Origin: Pseudomonadota bacterium
Lineage (GTDB): Bacteria > Bdellovibrionota_C > UBA2361 > OMII01
Assembly (NCBI GenBank): GCA_038134595.1
Contig: JAYPVM010000002.1
Span: 32,001-96,000 of the forward strand
Direction: 5' to 3'
Length of the DNA stretch: 64,000 nucleotides
Shown piece by piece: positions 30,220-41,861 of this stretch. The notes below the pieces were generated by a model. It did no database searches and had not been told where the DNA came from. It worked only from the letters and a program-made list of their open reading frames with translations. The translations under genes and the position numbers were made by a program. The first letter of the stretch is position 1, and every line of letters begins with the position of its first letter.

Positions 30220-31302
30220 TTACAGCCCTAGTGCTCTTCTAGTCGCGGTGTTAGTGATCTCTCCGTTTTGACATGTTAGTGCAGATTCAAACTCTGGTGG
30301 TAGTGGTTTAGTGTTAGATAGCAAGTAGGCGAGTTTTTCGATGTAGGGAAGCGAGGTGTTCGCGAGTGCTAAAGTTGAAGTAAGTGGAGTTTGAGCGGGC
30401 ATATTGCATACGCCATAGTGAATTACGTCGTGGACGCAAAACGTTGGGTCATTCAAATTAGTTGGCCTGCTCGTTTCCGCGCATCCTCCTTGATCAATAC
30501 TAATGTCGACAAACACCGCACCCTTGCCCATTGAGCGGATGTGTTCGTGGGTGATTAAACGAGGGGTTGCTGCGCCCGGTACTAATACGGCACCGATGAG
30601 CAGGTCTGCCCCTTTGCACGCGTTGGCGATGCTCTCTGGAGTGGAGATGGTTGCGGTTACCTTGCTTCCGTGGACTGCCTTTAGAGCGTCTAATTTTGCG
30701 CTATCGATATCGAGCATCTCAACACCTGCGCCAAGACCTACTGCCATTGAACACGCCGCTATCCCTGCAATGCCAGCGCCCAAGATGACAACCCGTGCGG
30801 GCGGAGCGCTACCGGCGCCTCCTAATAGAATGCCCCGCCCCCCGTTCTGACTAAGGAGATAGTAGGCACCATTAATAACCGACAACTTGCCTGCAACTTC
30901 ACTCATTGGTTCAAGGAGTGGTAACCGCCTGTCGGGTAGGGTAAGGTTTTCGTATGCAAACGCTGTTACGCCTGAGTCTGCTAGAGAGCGAGCAACCGAT
31001 GGTAGACTTGCTAAGTGTAAAAAACAGAAGAGAGAAAGATCTGACCTGAAGAATTTAAACTCAGCGGGATCTGGCTCCTTTACCTTCACGAGAAGCTCAG
31101 CGACACCCCATGTCTGCTCGAGTGTAGAAAGGATGGCGCAACCAGCCAAGCGGTATTCCTCATCAGAGAAATGCGAGCCTATTCCAGCGTTAGTTTCCAC
31201 GTAGACCTCGTGGCCAGCGGCGACTAGTTTCGCCGCACCTTGTGGTGTAAGAGCAACACGTTGCTCTAGAGTTTTTCGCTCTCGGGGAACAGCTATTCTC
31301 AT
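30220..31302 (-). CDS. ald: Alanine dehydrogenase
   Basis: 'E.RVALTP', 'KVKEP', 'FLHLA', 'PMSEVAGKLS', 'GAGIAG', 'DQGGCAETS', 'NMPA'. Confidence 0.95.
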   Translation of the reverse strand: MRIAVPRERKTLEQRVALTPQGAAKLVAAGHEVYVETNAGIGSHFSDEEYRLAGCAILSTLEQTWGVAELLVKVKEPDPAEFKFFRSDLSLFCFLHLASLPSVARSLADSGVTAFAYENLTLPDRRLPLLEPMSEVAGKLSVINGAYYLLSQNGGRGILLGGAGSAPPARVVILGAGIAGIAACSMAVGLGAGVEMLDIDSAKLDALKAVHGSKVTATISTPESIANACKGADLLIGAVLVPGAATPRLITHEHIRSMGKGAVFVDISIDQGGCAETSRPTNLNDPTFCVHDVIHYGVCNMPAQTPLTSTLALANTSLPYIEKLAYLLSNTKPLPPEFESALTCQNGEITNTATRRALGL

Positions 31303-31496
31303 CTCGGTTCCTGTCATTGTGGAGGTTCGACGTCGTCCCTATAAGTTTACGGTATTCCGTGGCTCTCAGGACAGATAAAAAAATAAGAGGATTTCCTACT
31401 CGTACGCGAGTCTCCAGTTTACTTGCGCTTGAGCCTCTACTATAACGGGTTTCAAGAGCAGTTTAGCTCTAGTATGTCAGATCAATTGGGTGCTCG

Positions 31497-32414
31497 ATGA
31501 AAACCACTCCTCAACTCCTAGATGGCAAGCGGTTAGCAAGCCTGGTAGCAGAAGGCCTTTGTAAGACAACGACTGCCTGTCAAGAACGTTTCGGCAGGCG
31601 ACCGAAGCTGGCAGTTATACTTGTCGGAGATGATCCAGCCTCAAAGACGTATGTTGCGGCCAAGCATCGGTTTGCAAAAAAATGTGGCGTGGAGACCGTT
31701 GATCTGACTCTACCTACTTCGGTGTCGGGTGAGGAGCTTACGAGCACGATAGAAAGGTGTAATGCAGATGACACGATTGATGGGATTCTTCTGCAGTTGC
31801 CTTTACCGAAACCTCTGGATGGCGCACATTTTACCCGTCTTATTGAGCCATCAAAGGATGCAGATGGGTTGCATCCTTTGAATCAGGGGCTTCTGTTGCA
31901 GGGGCTTTCAGCACCGAGATCATGTACGCCACTTGGAGTGATGAAGCTCATTGATGTCGCGTTATCTGGAATGTCGCTGTCGGATGATTGTGAGGTGTCG
32001 GATATCCCCGAAGTTTCTCTTGCAGGAAAACGAGCGGTTGTAGTTGGGCGATCGCAGTTAGTTGGAAAGCCAGTTGGCATTTTGCTTTTAGAGCGTAATG
32101 CAACTGTCACGTTTGTTCATTCAAAAACGACCGACGTAGAAAGCGTTTGTAGTGAGGCGGATATCGTTGTTGCCGCCGTGGGAGTCCCACATCTCGTCAC
32201 TTCTTCGTGGGTGAAGAAGGGAGCGGTTGTTATTGATGTCGGAATTAACCGGACAGATGATGGAGGGCTCGTTGGGGATGTTGACTTCGAACAAGTGTTT
32301 TCTAAATGTAGTGCCATTACCCCCGTTCCAGGAGGCGTTGGTCCAATGACTGTGGCGATGCTGATGTCGAATACCGTTGATAATTTTAAAAGGTATGTGG
32401 CCAAAGAGGTATGA
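31497..32414 (+). CDS. folD: Bifunctional methylenetetrahydrofolate dehydrogenase/cyclohydrolase
   Basis: 'LVGDDPAS..YV..K', 'GILLQLPLP', 'KDADGLHP', 'TPVPGGVGPMT'. Confidence 0.97.
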   Translation: MKTTPQLLDGKRLASLVAEGLCKTTTACQERFGRRPKLAVILVGDDPASKTYVAAKHRFAKKCGVETVDLTLPTSVSGEELTSTIERCNADDTIDGILLQLPLPKPLDGAHFTRLIEPSKDADGLHPLNQGLLLQGLSAPRSCTPLGVMKLIDVALSGMSLSDDCEVSDIPEVSLAGKRAVVVGRSQLVGKPVGILLLERNATVTFVHSKTTDVESVCSEADIVVAAVGVPHLVTSSWVKKGAVVIDVGINRTDDGGLVGDVDFEQVFSKCSAITPVPGGVGPMTVAMLMSNTVDNFKRYVAKEV

Positions 32415-33505
32415 AACACACTCCTTTATACGATGAACATGTAGCGCTTGGTGGGAAAATGGTGTCCTTTGCAGGGTGGCAGATGCCAGTTCAGTATAAG
32501 GGGATTATCGCCGAACACAGTGCCGTGCGTGAGCGGGTGGGGTTGTTCGATGTCAGTCACATGGGTGAGATCTGGGTAACCGGGGAGGAAGCGGAGCGAT
32601 GCTTGCAATATCTAACGTGTAATGATGTTGCGCGACTCCGTGATGGAATGGCCCAGTATTCAGCGTTATTAAATGACGATGGCGGCGTTATAGACGACCT
32701 CATTGTGTATCGGTTTGCTTCTGACAGGTATCTGTTGTGTGTGAATGCTTCCAATACTGATGAAGTTTTCGAATGGATAGTGAGGCGGAATGCAACTGAC
32801 GCCGTGATTAAAAATGTTAGTGACGAATTTGGTCAAATTGCGGTGCAGGGCCCCCAAGCTCTCAGTCTGCTAAAAGACATGGCTCCGGAAGCGTTTGTCT
32901 CGGGGGTAAAAAGGTTTGGGTTTGTCGAAGTCATACTTGAAGGGATCCCTACTATTATCGCTCGAACTGGTTATACGGGTGAGGATGGAGTTGAGATATT
33001 TTTGCCTGCGAAAGATACGAGTGTTTTGTGGAATAGACTACTTGAGACAGGAGCGGTATACGGCATTGAGCCGTGTGGCCTTGGTGCCCGTGATTCTCTT
33101 CGCCTTGAGGCGGCATATCCTCTGCACGGCCACGAACTGTCTAAAGATGTTTCGATTCTTGAGAGTGGTCTCTCATGGATAGTCCGAATCTCGAAGGGGG
33201 ATTTTATTGGGCGGAGTGCGTTATGTGCAAGTCGAGATGAAGGGATGAAGAATTCTCTTGTTGGATTTTTTCTTGATGAGCCTGGTATAGCCAGGCAGGG
33301 AGATGTAGTTCGCTCTAAGGGAGGCGAAGTCGTAGGTGTTGTAACGAGTGGAACGAAGACGCCAACAATTCAGAGAGCGCTCGGTATGGCGCGTGTATCA
33401 GTGGAGCATGCTAAAGCTGGCACACCGCTTGTCTTTGTGGTCAGAAATAGAGAGATTGGAGGACATGTAGTCTCGCTTCCGTTCTATAAAGGTTTATTTG
33501 CGTAG
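32411..33505 (+). CDS. gcvT: Glycine cleavage system aminomethyltransferase T
   Basis: 'FAGWQMPVQY', 'LFDVSHMGE', 'RTGYTGEDGVE', 'GLGARDSLRLEA'; ATGA overlap with folD. Confidence 0.97.
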   Translation: MKHTPLYDEHVALGGKMVSFAGWQMPVQYKGIIAEHSAVRERVGLFDVSHMGEIWVTGEEAERCLQYLTCNDVARLRDGMAQYSALLNDDGGVIDDLIVYRFASDRYLLCVNASNTDEVFEWIVRRNATDAVIKNVSDEFGQIAVQGPQALSLLKDMAPEAFVSGVKRFGFVEVILEGIPTIIARTGYTGEDGVEIFLPAKDTSVLWNRLLETGAVYGIEPCGLGARDSLRLEAAYPLHGHELSKDVSILESGLSWIVRISKGDFIGRSALCASRDEGMKNSLVGFFLDEPGIARQGDVVRSKGGEVVGVVTSGTKTPTIQRALGMARVSVEHAKAGTPLVFVVRNREIGGHVVSLPFYKGLFA

Positions 33506-33538
33506 GTAGTTTAGTAGCTAACAACAGGAGAAGAATAG

Positions 33539-33919
33539 ATGGATTTCCCAAGTGAGTATAAATACACAAAAGATCATGAATGGGTTTTAGTCGTTGGTAA
33601 TGAGGCAACGGTTGGTATTACTGAGTTTGCTCAGAGTGAGTTGGGTGAGTTGGTATTTGTAGATCTCCCATCGGTGGGGCAGGCGGTGGAGCAGAATGGA
33701 GCGCTGTGTGTAGTTGAATCTACAAAGGCTGCTTCTGATGTATATGCGCCGATAAGTGGAATAGTTGCTGTTGTGAATGAAGCACTGCAAGATGAGCCTG
33801 GCTTGGTCAATACAAGTCCCTATGGAGATGGATGGATGGTAAAGATACGCGACTTTTCGCAAGAGGAAGTTTCGGCGTTGATGAGTGCCGACGAATACAA
33901 GGCGTTGGTCGGGGCGTAG
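33539..33919 (+). CDS. gcvH: Glycine cleavage system H protein
   Basis: 'YTKDHEW', lipoyl-Lys motif 'VESTKAASD', 'N.SPYGDGW'. Confidence 0.97.
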   Translation: MDFPSEYKYTKDHEWVLVVGNEATVGITEFAQSELGELVFVDLPSVGQAVEQNGALCVVESTKAASDVYAPISGIVAVVNEALQDEPGLVNTSPYGDGWMVKIRDFSQEEVSALMSADEYKALVGA

Positions 33920-33959
33920 AGCAATACAAAGGTGTTTAATATAGGTACGAGGGCTTAGC

Positions 33960-36887
33960 ATGACAGCGAAGGTGGCTCATAAGATTAGACCTCAAGGGGA
34001 AGATGGATCAATGAAAAATGCGTTCGGTGAATCCCAATTTGCGAGCCGTCACAACGGGCTAAGCGAGCGAGCAGTAGAAGAAATGGTCGGGTTTTTAGGC
34101 TTGGATAGTCTTGAAGAACTCATTGCTAAGGTTATCCCCTCTGGTGTTAGAGCTTCTGAGCCGTTGAAGCTTCGCTCATTTCCCGCCCCATATTCAGAAT
34201 ATGAGGCCCTTGAAACCCTGCGACGAATCGCGTCTAAAAATATCGTGGGACGGTCGTTTATCGGGATGGGTTATTATGATTGTGTAACTCCGCCAGTGAT
34301 TCAACGAAACATCTTAGAGAACCCGGGATGGTATACGCAATATACACCGTATCAAGCCGAGATCTCGCAGGGACGGCTGGAGGCGCTTCTTAACTTTCAA
34401 ACAACTGTCATTGAGCTAACGGGGCTGCCGGTTGCGAATGCTTCTCTTCTTGATGAAGGTACTGCTGCCGCTGAGGCGATGGTAATGTCTCAAGCACTTG
34501 TTTCTAAACAATCCCCGGGTAGTTCAAAGTGTGAGTTTTTAGTGGCTAACAGTATTCATCCACAGACGCTTGGGGTCTTAATGACTCGGGCGGAGCCGCT
34601 AGGAATAGAGGTGCGTGTTGCTACTCCCGACGACTTTACCTTTTCAGAGCGAACATTTGGCTGCTTGTTGCAATATCCTGATACCCAGGGCGTCATCGAG
34701 TCCTATGCTGAGGTGATTGAAAAGGCACATGGAGTAGGGGCGCTGGCTACGGTTGCAACGGATCTGTTGTCGCTATGCCTGCTTAAGCCACCAGGACACT
34801 TTGGAGCAGATATCGCCGTTGGTTCGGCTCAGCGGTTTGGCGTTCCGATGGGATTTGGAGGGCCACACGCGGCATTTTTTGCTACGAGAGATGAGTTTAA
34901 ACGGAGTATTCCTGGTCGTATCGTTGGAGTTTCAAAGGATGTCACGGGTAAGTCTGCGCTACGTCTTGCGCTCCAAACAAGGGAGCAACACATTCGAAGG
35001 GAGAAGGCTACAAGTAATATTTGTACAGCTCAGGTATTGCTCGCTGTAATGGCAGGAATGTATGCGGTCTATCACGGTGCAAAAGGTTTGCGGCGAATTG
35101 CTAATAGAGTTCATGCGCTTGCTTCGACGTGCGCGACGTTGCTTCGAAATGGAGGTGTTAAGGCACCTCTTACCGGTTTTTTTGACACATTTACTGTTGA
35201 TGTCGGAGAGAAGAAAAGCATTCTGGTGCGCGATGAAGCCGAAAAGATAGGTGTTCTTATCAGAGCTATTGACGACCGGACTGTTTCTGTGAGCTTCGAT
35301 GAAGCTAAGGGTGTGTGCGATATAGTCTCTGTTTTATCAGTATTCGGTGTTGTGAGCTCCTTTGAAGAGGTGCAAGCGGCCCTCGAATCAAGCTGCTCTA
35401 CGATTCCCGAATCGCTTCGTCGCGTGGATAGTTTTTTAATGCAACCTGTATTTAATTCCTATCATTCTGAGACTGAGTTTTTGCGATACGTTCGATTGCT
35501 CGAGTCAAGAGATCTTTCGCTCGGGTATTCGATGATTCCGCTAGGGTCGTGCACGATGAAGTTAAATGCGACCTCGGAGATGCTTCCGGTTACGTGGGCG
35601 GAGTTTTCAGGCCTTCATCCCTTTGCGCCGCGGTCTCACGTGGCGGGATACCGAGAATTGTTCGAAAACCTTGAGCAATCATTGTGTGATTGTACCGGAT
35701 TTGCGGCGTGTTCGTTACAACCTAATGCTGGCTCTCAGGGAGAGTATGCCGGTTTGGTGGTGATTAGAGCTTATCATCAAAGTCGGGGTGATGGTCATCG
35801 TAATATCTGTCTGATTCCAACTTCAGCACACGGAACAAATCCGGCTAGTGCTGTTATGGCCGGAATGCGGGTTGTTTCAGTTGCATGCGATGCAGCGGGT
35901 AACGTGGATGTTGAGGATTTAAAGCGCAAGGCGCAACAACACAGCGAAAGTTTAGCCGCGTTGATGGTTACATATCCATCCACTCACGGTGTTTTTGAGA
36001 GTGGCATCACTGATGTCTGCTCTATTGTTCATAGCCACGGCGGACAGGTTTATATGGACGGAGCGAACTTAAATGCTCTTGTGGGTCTCGTTAAGCCCAG
36101 TGAGTTTGGAGCAGATGTTTGTCATATTAATCTTCACAAGACGTTTTGTATTCCACACGGTGGTGGTGGCCCGGGAATGGGACCGATCTGTTGTCGAGAA
36201 CATTTAGCGCCCTTTTTGCCAAATCATCCTGTTGTCGACCTTGAGCACGACCGAGGGGTAGGTGCGGTTTCGGCGGCACCGTGGGGCTCTGCAAGTATTC
36301 TTCCGATCTCTTGGATGTATATGGCAATGATGGGGTCCGATGGGCTTGCCGTGGCGAGTTCTCATGCGATTCTTTCTGCCAACTATGTTGCAAAGCGCTT
36401 GGAAGATGATTATCCGGTTGTATATAAGGGTGAAAATGGCTTTGTGGCACATGAGTGTATTATCAACCTTCAGCTTTTAAAGCAGGAGGCGAATATAGAA
36501 GTAGAAGATGTCGCAAAGCGTCTGATGGATTATGGGTTCCATGCGCCGACTGTTTCATGGCCAGTTGCTGGAACATTAATGATTGAACCAACTGAGAGTG
36601 AATCGAAGCAGGAGCTCGATAGGTTTTGCGAAGCACTGATAGCGATTCGTCAAGAGGTGCGTGATATCGCTAATGGTGTGTACGACTCAGTGGATAATCC
36701 ACTTAAAAATGCTCCTCACACCGTTGATGATGTGACCGCCGATGAATGGAATAGGACGTATAGTCGAAGACAAGCCGCCTTCCCAGTCCCATGGCTTCGA
36801 AGTAACAAGTTTTGGCCAGCGGTGGGTCGTATCGACGGAGTTTATGGCGACCGGAACTTGTTCTGTTCGTGTGATTCGTTTGAGTGA
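33960..36887 (+). CDS. gcvP: Glycine dehydrogenase (decarboxylating), single-chain P protein
   Basis: '[14 protein letters not shown]', '[12 protein letters not shown]', PLP-Lys 'HINLHKTF', 'EPTESES'; start may be 34011. Confidence 0.98.
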   Translation: MTAKVAHKIRPQGEDGSMKNAFGESQFASRHNGLSERAVEEMVGFLGLDSLEELIAKVIPSGVRASEPLKLRSFPAPYSEYEALETLRRIASKNIVGRSFIGMGYYDCVTPPVIQRNILENPGWYTQYTPYQAEISQGRLEALLNFQTTVIELTGLPVANASLLDEGTAAAEAMVMSQALVSKQSPGSSKCEFLVANSIHPQTLGVLMTRAEPLGIEVRVATPDDFTFSERTFGCLLQYPDTQGVIESYAEVIEKAHGVGALATVATDLLSLCLLKPPGHFGADIAVGSAQRFGVPMGFGGPHAAFFATRDEFKRSIPGRIVGVSKDVTGKSALRLALQTREQHIRREKATSNICTAQVLLAVMAGMYAVYHGAKGLRRIANRVHALASTCATLLRNGGVKAPLTGFFDTFTVDVGEKKSILVRDEAEKIGVLIRAIDDRTVSVSFDEAKGVCDIVSVLSVFGVVSSFEEVQAALESSCSTIPESLRRVDSFLMQPVFNSYHSETEFLRYVRLLESRDLSLGYSMIPLGSCTMKLNATSEMLPVTWAEFSGLHPFAPRSHVAGYRELFENLEQSLCDCTGFAACSLQPNAGSQGEYAGLVVIRAYHQSRGDGHRNICLIPTSAHGTNPASAVMAGMRVVSVACDAAGNVDVEDLKRKAQQHSESLAALMVTYPSTHGVFESGITDVCSIVHSHGGQVYMDGANLNALVGLVKPSEFGADVCHINLHKTFCIPHGGGGPGMGPICCREHLAPFLPNHPVVDLEHDRGVGAVSAAPWGSASILPISWMYMAMMGSDGLAVASSHAILSANYVAKRLEDDYPVVYKGENGFVAHECIINLQLLKQEANIEVEDVAKRLMDYGFHAPTVSWPVAGTLMIEPTESESKQELDRFCEALIAIRQEVRDIANGVYDSVDNPLKNAPHTVDDVTADEWNRTYSRRQAAFPVPWLRSNKFWPAVGRIDGVYGDRNLFCSCDSFE

Positions 36888-37066
36888 CGAATAGCCGGGC
36901 TCCGTGCCCCTTAATGTCTGGGTTCCTTAATGCTTGGTGGAATAGATGTTGTAGAAGCTCGTGGCAGAGCGATCCGTCTGCGGTTATTTTTTAGGCGCGC
37001 TGTGATCGATGGGGCGCTTCTACCAGCGTGATTGCCGTGTGGCTTTCATCGATGCTTCTGCAGTCA

Positions 37067-37489
37067 CTAGAGGTCTAAAGCGACATTCTCGACTGATGAA
37101 GCTCCACGAACTGCATCCACTTCAATTTCAACCACAAGTCGCGGATCGACTAGCTTCGATACCTGCACTATGCTCGACGCTGGCCGGGTGTTTCCGAAGA
37201 CATCGCTGTGGGCCCTTGCATAATCCTCCCATTTGACGATGTTGGTCACGAAGAATCTCGTTCGTACAACGTCAGAGATGGTAAAGCCTCGGCTCGTTAA
37301 GATAGTCCGCATTTTGTTGAGCACGTCTATGGTTTGCGCGTAGGCATCACCGGGGGATTCTACATCCCCTTGAGCGCTCAAAGCTGTTGTTCCGGATATA
37401 AAGAGAGCGTCGCCATGCTGAACAGCCCGCGAGTAGCCTCGCAGAGGTTCAAAGGGAGAGCCCGTAGAGATGTTGGTTCTAATAGTCAT
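37067..37489 (-). CDS. RidA/YjgF/UK114 family protein
   Basis: 'GYSRAV', 'FISGTTA', 'DVVRTR', 'RPASSIVQV..L...LVVEIE'. Confidence 0.9.
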   Translation of the reverse strand: MTIRTNISTGSPFEPLRGYSRAVQHGDALFISGTTALSAQGDVESPGDAYAQTIDVLNKMRTILTSRGFTISDVVRTRFFVTNIVKWEDYARAHSDVFGNTRPASSIVQVSKLVDPRLVVEIEVDAVRGASSVENVALDL

Positions 37490-37719
37490 TTGATGTATCT
37501 ACACGTATCGTGTGATTGAGAAAAGATAAAAGTGTACGAGAAAAGCTATCGGGCGGTGATAAATCCGACAATTATCGTATTTCTAATTAGTTAGTACTTT
37601 TGGTGAGACTTGAAATATCAGAGGAGAGGTCTTATTTTCCTACCCCAACCCTGTACTAGAGATGCAGGATTCGATAGTCTAGAGCAATATTTTTTAACTG
37701 GATGAGAGAGAGTTAACCT

Positions 37720-38052
37720 ATGCCTATTTACGAGTACGAGTGTCCTGAGTGTGGCCGATTCGAGATTATTCAGAAAATAAATGCTGATACGTTGACGGAA
37801 TGCCCTCGGTGTCAGGAGCAGGGGAAAAAGAGCTCTGTTCGCAAGGCGGTGTCGGCTTCCGCATTCCATCTAAAGGGTGGGGGATGGTACAAGACAGACT
37901 ATGCCGGTGGATCGTCTAGCTCTGGAACGTCAACGGGCACTAGCGGTACCTCTACGGATTCTGGTTCGTCGTCTTCATCATCCTCTGATTCAGCATCATC
38001 ATCTGATGCGTCGCCTAAGAAGTCGTGCGGCACTGGGTGCGGCTGTCACTAA
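37720..38052 (+). CDS. FmdB-family zinc ribbon protein with Ser-rich tail
   Basis: 'MPIYEYECPECG..CPRC..FHLKGGGWYKTDY', poly-Ser linker, terminal 'CGTGCGCH'. Confidence 0.9.
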   Translation: MPIYEYECPECGRFEIIQKINADTLTECPRCQEQGKKSSVRKAVSASAFHLKGGGWYKTDYAGGSSSSGTSTGTSGTSTDSGSSSSSSSDSASSSDASPKKSCGTGCGCH

Positions 38053-38690
38053 GCTTTTGATAGCTCAGCTAGAATTGGTGTTAGCGCCGAGCGAGAGAGA
38101 AGTTGTCGTTCGCTGAATGTTTCTACTGCGTGTAGGGCGGTAAGAAGCGTGTGTTTTCCTGTAGGATTGTCTACAAGATCTACAATCCCCTCTTTTTTCA
38201 AAAGAGAGGTAAGGCCCACAACGGTTGCTCGCAAAACAGGCTTTAGCTCGTTGGCTTCATCAATCGCGTTTAGGGATAGATCGAGAAGTTCGAAAGTGTC
38301 TTGAGAGTTATCTCCGGTGTCTTCTTGTATGATTCTGTCAAAGCATTCGCACAGAAGCGAAGCTGCTGTAAGCTTTTCGAGGTTTGTTCGAAGCGTCTTT
38401 AAGGCGTGAGACGGTGAAAACTCCTTTAGCCCCAGGGCGCCGTTTTTTTCTCGAGAGAGTCTGGCGGTGCCTCTATCGAAGAGGTCTATGGAGCTGGGAA
38501 AACGCTTTTTGCTCCCTCGAGCATGTCGGCCTATCGCAGAGATTTTACCGAATGTTGGAGTTAGTAGTCGGGCCATGAGGTCGCTTTCCCTGAACGGATA
38601 AACGGCAAGAACAATGACCGGTGAGGAGATGTCTTGGTGTCGCGGAATAATTTCTTGCGAAGAATTGTGAATTTGATGGGGGCTAGACAT
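38049..38690 (-). CDS. recO: DNA repair protein RecO (short form)
   Basis: OB-fold 'FRESD...LLT..FGKI..I...ARGSKKRF...DLF' followed by a helical region. Confidence 0.8.
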   Translation of the reverse strand: MSSPHQIHNSSQEIIPRHQDISSPVIVLAVYPFRESDLMARLLTPTFGKISAIGRHARGSKKRFPSSIDLFDRGTARLSREKNGALGLKEFSPSHALKTLRTNLEKLTAASLLCECFDRIIQEDTGDNSQDTFELLDLSLNAIDEANELKPVLRATVVGLTSLLKKEGIVDLVDNPTGKHTLLTALHAVETFSERQLLSRSALTPILAELSKA

Positions 38691-38792
38691 TGAAAAAGCC
38701 TTAATTGATGTTTATAGCTAAGTTTAGTAGCAGAAAGTTTCCTTGTTGGGTAGCGCAAGAGGAAGGATGGATTTAAGAGATATTGGGTGAGT

Positions 38793-39350
38793 ATGGCGGA
38801 GAATATAGACGCTGAAAGTGGTGAAGCGGGTCTAAAAGAAGAGTTAGATCAGGCTGTTGGTGTTGATTCTGAAGAGGGAGCTGTCGAGGTAAGTGAGGCT
38901 GAAGCTCTTTTAAATGAGCTTGAGGCTACCAAGGACAAGTATGTCCGTCTGTTGGCCGAGTTTGATAACTACAAGAAAAGAACCCTCAAAGAGCAGTCAG
39001 AGTTGATGAAGTATCAAGGAGAGCGTCTTGTGGTAGAGCTTCTTGAGGTTTTAGACAACCTTGAGCTGGCACTTAGTCATTCTACTGCTGACCACGAGAA
39101 GCTTAAAGAGGGGCTGGCAATGGTTCACAAGATGTTTGTAGACCGCTTGGCTCGTTGGGAGATTCGGGGTGAATCAGGAATGGGAGCAAAGTTTGATCCC
39201 CACAAGCACGCTGCGATAAGTCAAGTGCCGGGTAGTGATGCCGAGCCCGGGACAATCGTTGGGGAGCTAAAGAAGCCGTATTTCTATAAAGACAAGCTTA
39301 TTCGTGTTGGAGAGGTTGTGGTTGCTACGGAGGGAGAGGCCTCAAATTAA
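38793..39350 (+). CDS. grpE: Nucleotide exchange factor GrpE
   Basis: 'RLLAEFDNYKKR', 'VLDNLELAL', 'FDPHKH.A'; upstream of dnaK. Confidence 0.95.
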   Translation: MAENIDAESGEAGLKEELDQAVGVDSEEGAVEVSEAEALLNELEATKDKYVRLLAEFDNYKKRTLKEQSELMKYQGERLVVELLEVLDNLELALSHSTADHEKLKEGLAMVHKMFVDRLARWEIRGESGMGAKFDPHKHAAISQVPGSDAEPGTIVGELKKPYFYKDKLIRVGEVVVATEGEASN

Positions 39351-39456
39351 GTTTTTGGACTCAGTAACGTCTGTAGTGGAAATATTCAATTTTAGTGGTT
39401 AAGAAGAGAAATAACCAGGATTTAAATTAGAGACTGAGAGAGAGAGGAGTGAGAAA

Positions 39457-41370
39457 ATGGGAAAGGTAATCGGAATAGATTTAGGAACAACTAATTCATG
39501 TGTTGCGGTAATGGAAGGCGGAAGTCCTGTTGTTATCGCAAATAGTGAGGGAAATCGGACAACACCATCGGTTGTTGGTGTAAACGATGCGGGAGAGCGG
39601 TTAGTTGGACAGATCGCTAAGCGACAGGCTGTTACGAATCCTAAAAATACTATTTTTGCGGTTAAGCGACTTATCGGTCGGAAGTCAGATTCTCCTGAAG
39701 TCGAGAAGGCCCGGCAGGTTCTTCCATATGAGATTGTTGCATCGTCGAATAATGATGCATGGGTTAAGCTTCGAGAGGAATCGAAGAGTCCTCAAGAGGT
39801 TTCGGCCATGATTTTGGGCAAGATGAAGCAGACAGCAGAGGATTATCTCGGTGAGAGTGTAACTGATGCTGTTATTACAGTGCCTGCGTACTTTGATGAC
39901 GCACAACGGCAAGCTACAAAAGATGCTGGAAAGATTGCCGGCTTAAATGTCCTACGAATCATTAACGAGCCGACTGCGGCCGCTTTGGCGTACGGACTTG
40001 ATAAAAAGCACGAGAAGACAATTGCGGTATTTGACCTCGGTGGTGGAACGTTTGATGTTTCTGTCCTTGAGTTAGGAGAGGGGGTCTTTGAGGTGAAATC
40101 CACGAACGGAGATACGTTTTTGGGTGGGGAGGACTTTGACCTTGTTTTAGTAGATTATTTGGCAGATGAGTTTAAGAAAGAGCAAGGCATTGATCTTCGC
40201 AAGGACACAATGGCTCTGCAGCGGCTTAAAGAGGCTGCAGAGAAGGCTAAACATGAGCTCTCCTCGTCTGTAGAAACGGATGTAAACTTGCCCTTTATCA
40301 CGGCAGATGCATCGGGACCGAAGCATCTTAATGTCAAGATCTCACGGGCCAAGTTTGAGAGCTTGTGTGCCGAGCTGCTTAAGCGATTAGAGGTGCCTTG
40401 TCAAATGGCTTTAAAGGATGCCGGGCTTCAGGCGAGTGATATCGGTGAGATAATTCTTGTCGGTGGAATGACGCGGATGCCTGCTGTGCAACAACGGGTT
40501 AAGGAGATCTTCGGTAAAGAGGCTTCCAAGAATGTAAATCCCGATGAGGCTGTTGCGATCGGTGCTGCGATACAGGCAGGCGTTCTGCAAGGGGATGTCA
40601 AGGATGTTCTTCTTCTTGATGTAACACCTCTAAGTCTCGGTATTGAGACGTACGGGGGCGTTTTCACCAAATTGATTGACAAGAACACAACGATTCCTTC
40701 GAAGAAGTCTCAGGTGTTTTCGACAGCGGCTGATAATCAGCCTGCAGTATCGATTCACGTTCTTCAAGGGGAGCGTGAGATGGCTGGAGACAATAAGACA
40801 CTTGGCCGCTTTGAGCTGGTTGGTATTCCGGCCGCGCCTCGAGGGGTTCCGCAAATTGAGGTGACGTTCGATATCGATGCAAATGGTATCGTTTCTGTGA
40901 GCGCCAAGGACCTTGGGACGCAGAAGGAGCAGTCGATTAAGATAACTGCGAGCTCGGGACTCTCCCAAGAAGAGATAGATAAGATGGTAAATGATGCGAA
41001 GCTTCATGCTGATGAAGATAAGAAGCGACGCGAGATGGTGGAAGAGCGAAATAAGCTAGACACCTTGGTCTACTCGACCGAGAAGACCTTGTCGGAGCTC
41101 TCTGATAAAGTTGAGCCAGAGTTGAAGACTTCTGTTGAGTCAGCACTGGAGGGAGCGAAGAAGGCACTCGAGTCAAATGAGAGCGAGCAGATGCAAGCGG
41201 CACTTAAAACCCTTGAAGAAGCAAGCCATAAACTTGCCGAGGAAGCGTATAAAAAAGCTGCCCAGGAGGGTGAGGCTGCTCAAGATGGAGCTCAACAGCA
41301 GGACCAGTCAGGTAGTGGCGATGATGATGTTGTCGATGCTGACTATGAAGAGGTGCAGGATAGTAAATAG
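39457..41370 (+). CDS. dnaK: Molecular chaperone DnaK (Hsp70)
   Basis: 'GIDLGTTNS', 'TVPAYF', 'DLGGGTFD', '[11 protein letters not shown]'. Confidence 0.99.
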   Translation: MGKVIGIDLGTTNSCVAVMEGGSPVVIANSEGNRTTPSVVGVNDAGERLVGQIAKRQAVTNPKNTIFAVKRLIGRKSDSPEVEKARQVLPYEIVASSNNDAWVKLREESKSPQEVSAMILGKMKQTAEDYLGESVTDAVITVPAYFDDAQRQATKDAGKIAGLNVLRIINEPTAAALAYGLDKKHEKTIAVFDLGGGTFDVSVLELGEGVFEVKSTNGDTFLGGEDFDLVLVDYLADEFKKEQGIDLRKDTMALQRLKEAAEKAKHELSSSVETDVNLPFITADASGPKHLNVKISRAKFESLCAELLKRLEVPCQMALKDAGLQASDIGEIILVGGMTRMPAVQQRVKEIFGKEASKNVNPDEAVAIGAAIQAGVLQGDVKDVLLLDVTPLSLGIETYGGVFTKLIDKNTTIPSKKSQVFSTAADNQPAVSIHVLQGEREMAGDNKTLGRFELVGIPAAPRGVPQIEVTFDIDANGIVSVSAKDLGTQKEQSIKITASSGLSQEEIDKMVNDAKLHADEDKKRREMVEERNKLDTLVYSTEKTLSELSDKVEPELKTSVESALEGAKKALESNESEQMQAALKTLEEASHKLAEEAYKKAAQEGEAAQDGAQQQDQSGSGDDDVVDADYEEVQDSK

Positions 41371-41388
41371 CCTAATTTGTAGACGATT

Positions 41389-41434
41389 ACGCATCGCAGG
41401 GCAATCGGAAGCGGTTGTTCTCCGATGCGTTTTT
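41389..41434 (+). terminator. Probable intrinsic terminator after dnaK
   Basis: ACGCATCG...CGATGCGT stem followed by TTTT. Confidence 0.55.
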
Positions 41435-41861
41435 GTGCTTGTTAGTGTAGTCGTTTTGGCGCGGTCGGGAACGTACTTTGCGTGTGTCATGCAAAAGGCA
41501 CCAAGGGGTTTCTTGTCAGCGCTTTTTTTCATCTCTTGCTGGTAAAGTCAGACTCCGAGGGGTTTCCTGTGGAACCGTATGTTTTGATAGAATCTTGTAG
41601 CGGTGGGTAATTGAGATTCCATCGGGGCTAATAATCATCGATCAGATAATTTGGGTTCTGTGCTGCTATTACAAGGGGAGCGTCGTTTGGTTGGAGTGAG
41701 GTAGTTGCATTTGTTATACCTTTGTTTAGTATTGGCGGGGCTTATGGTATGCTTTGGGCCGGTGGCGAAAGGCTTAGTCCTGTTTATTGCTGCTGTAGGA
41801 GTACGAGACTAGTCTCAAGATAAGAAAAACGGTCTAGGAATAAGAGAGGCCAGGAGTTTTT

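Noticed and set aside
31355..31400. Glycine riboswitch upstream of folD-gcvTHP (CTCTCAGG..ACAG)
   Set aside because: Only the 3' motif is present; the GGAGA and CCGAAG aptamer elements were not found.
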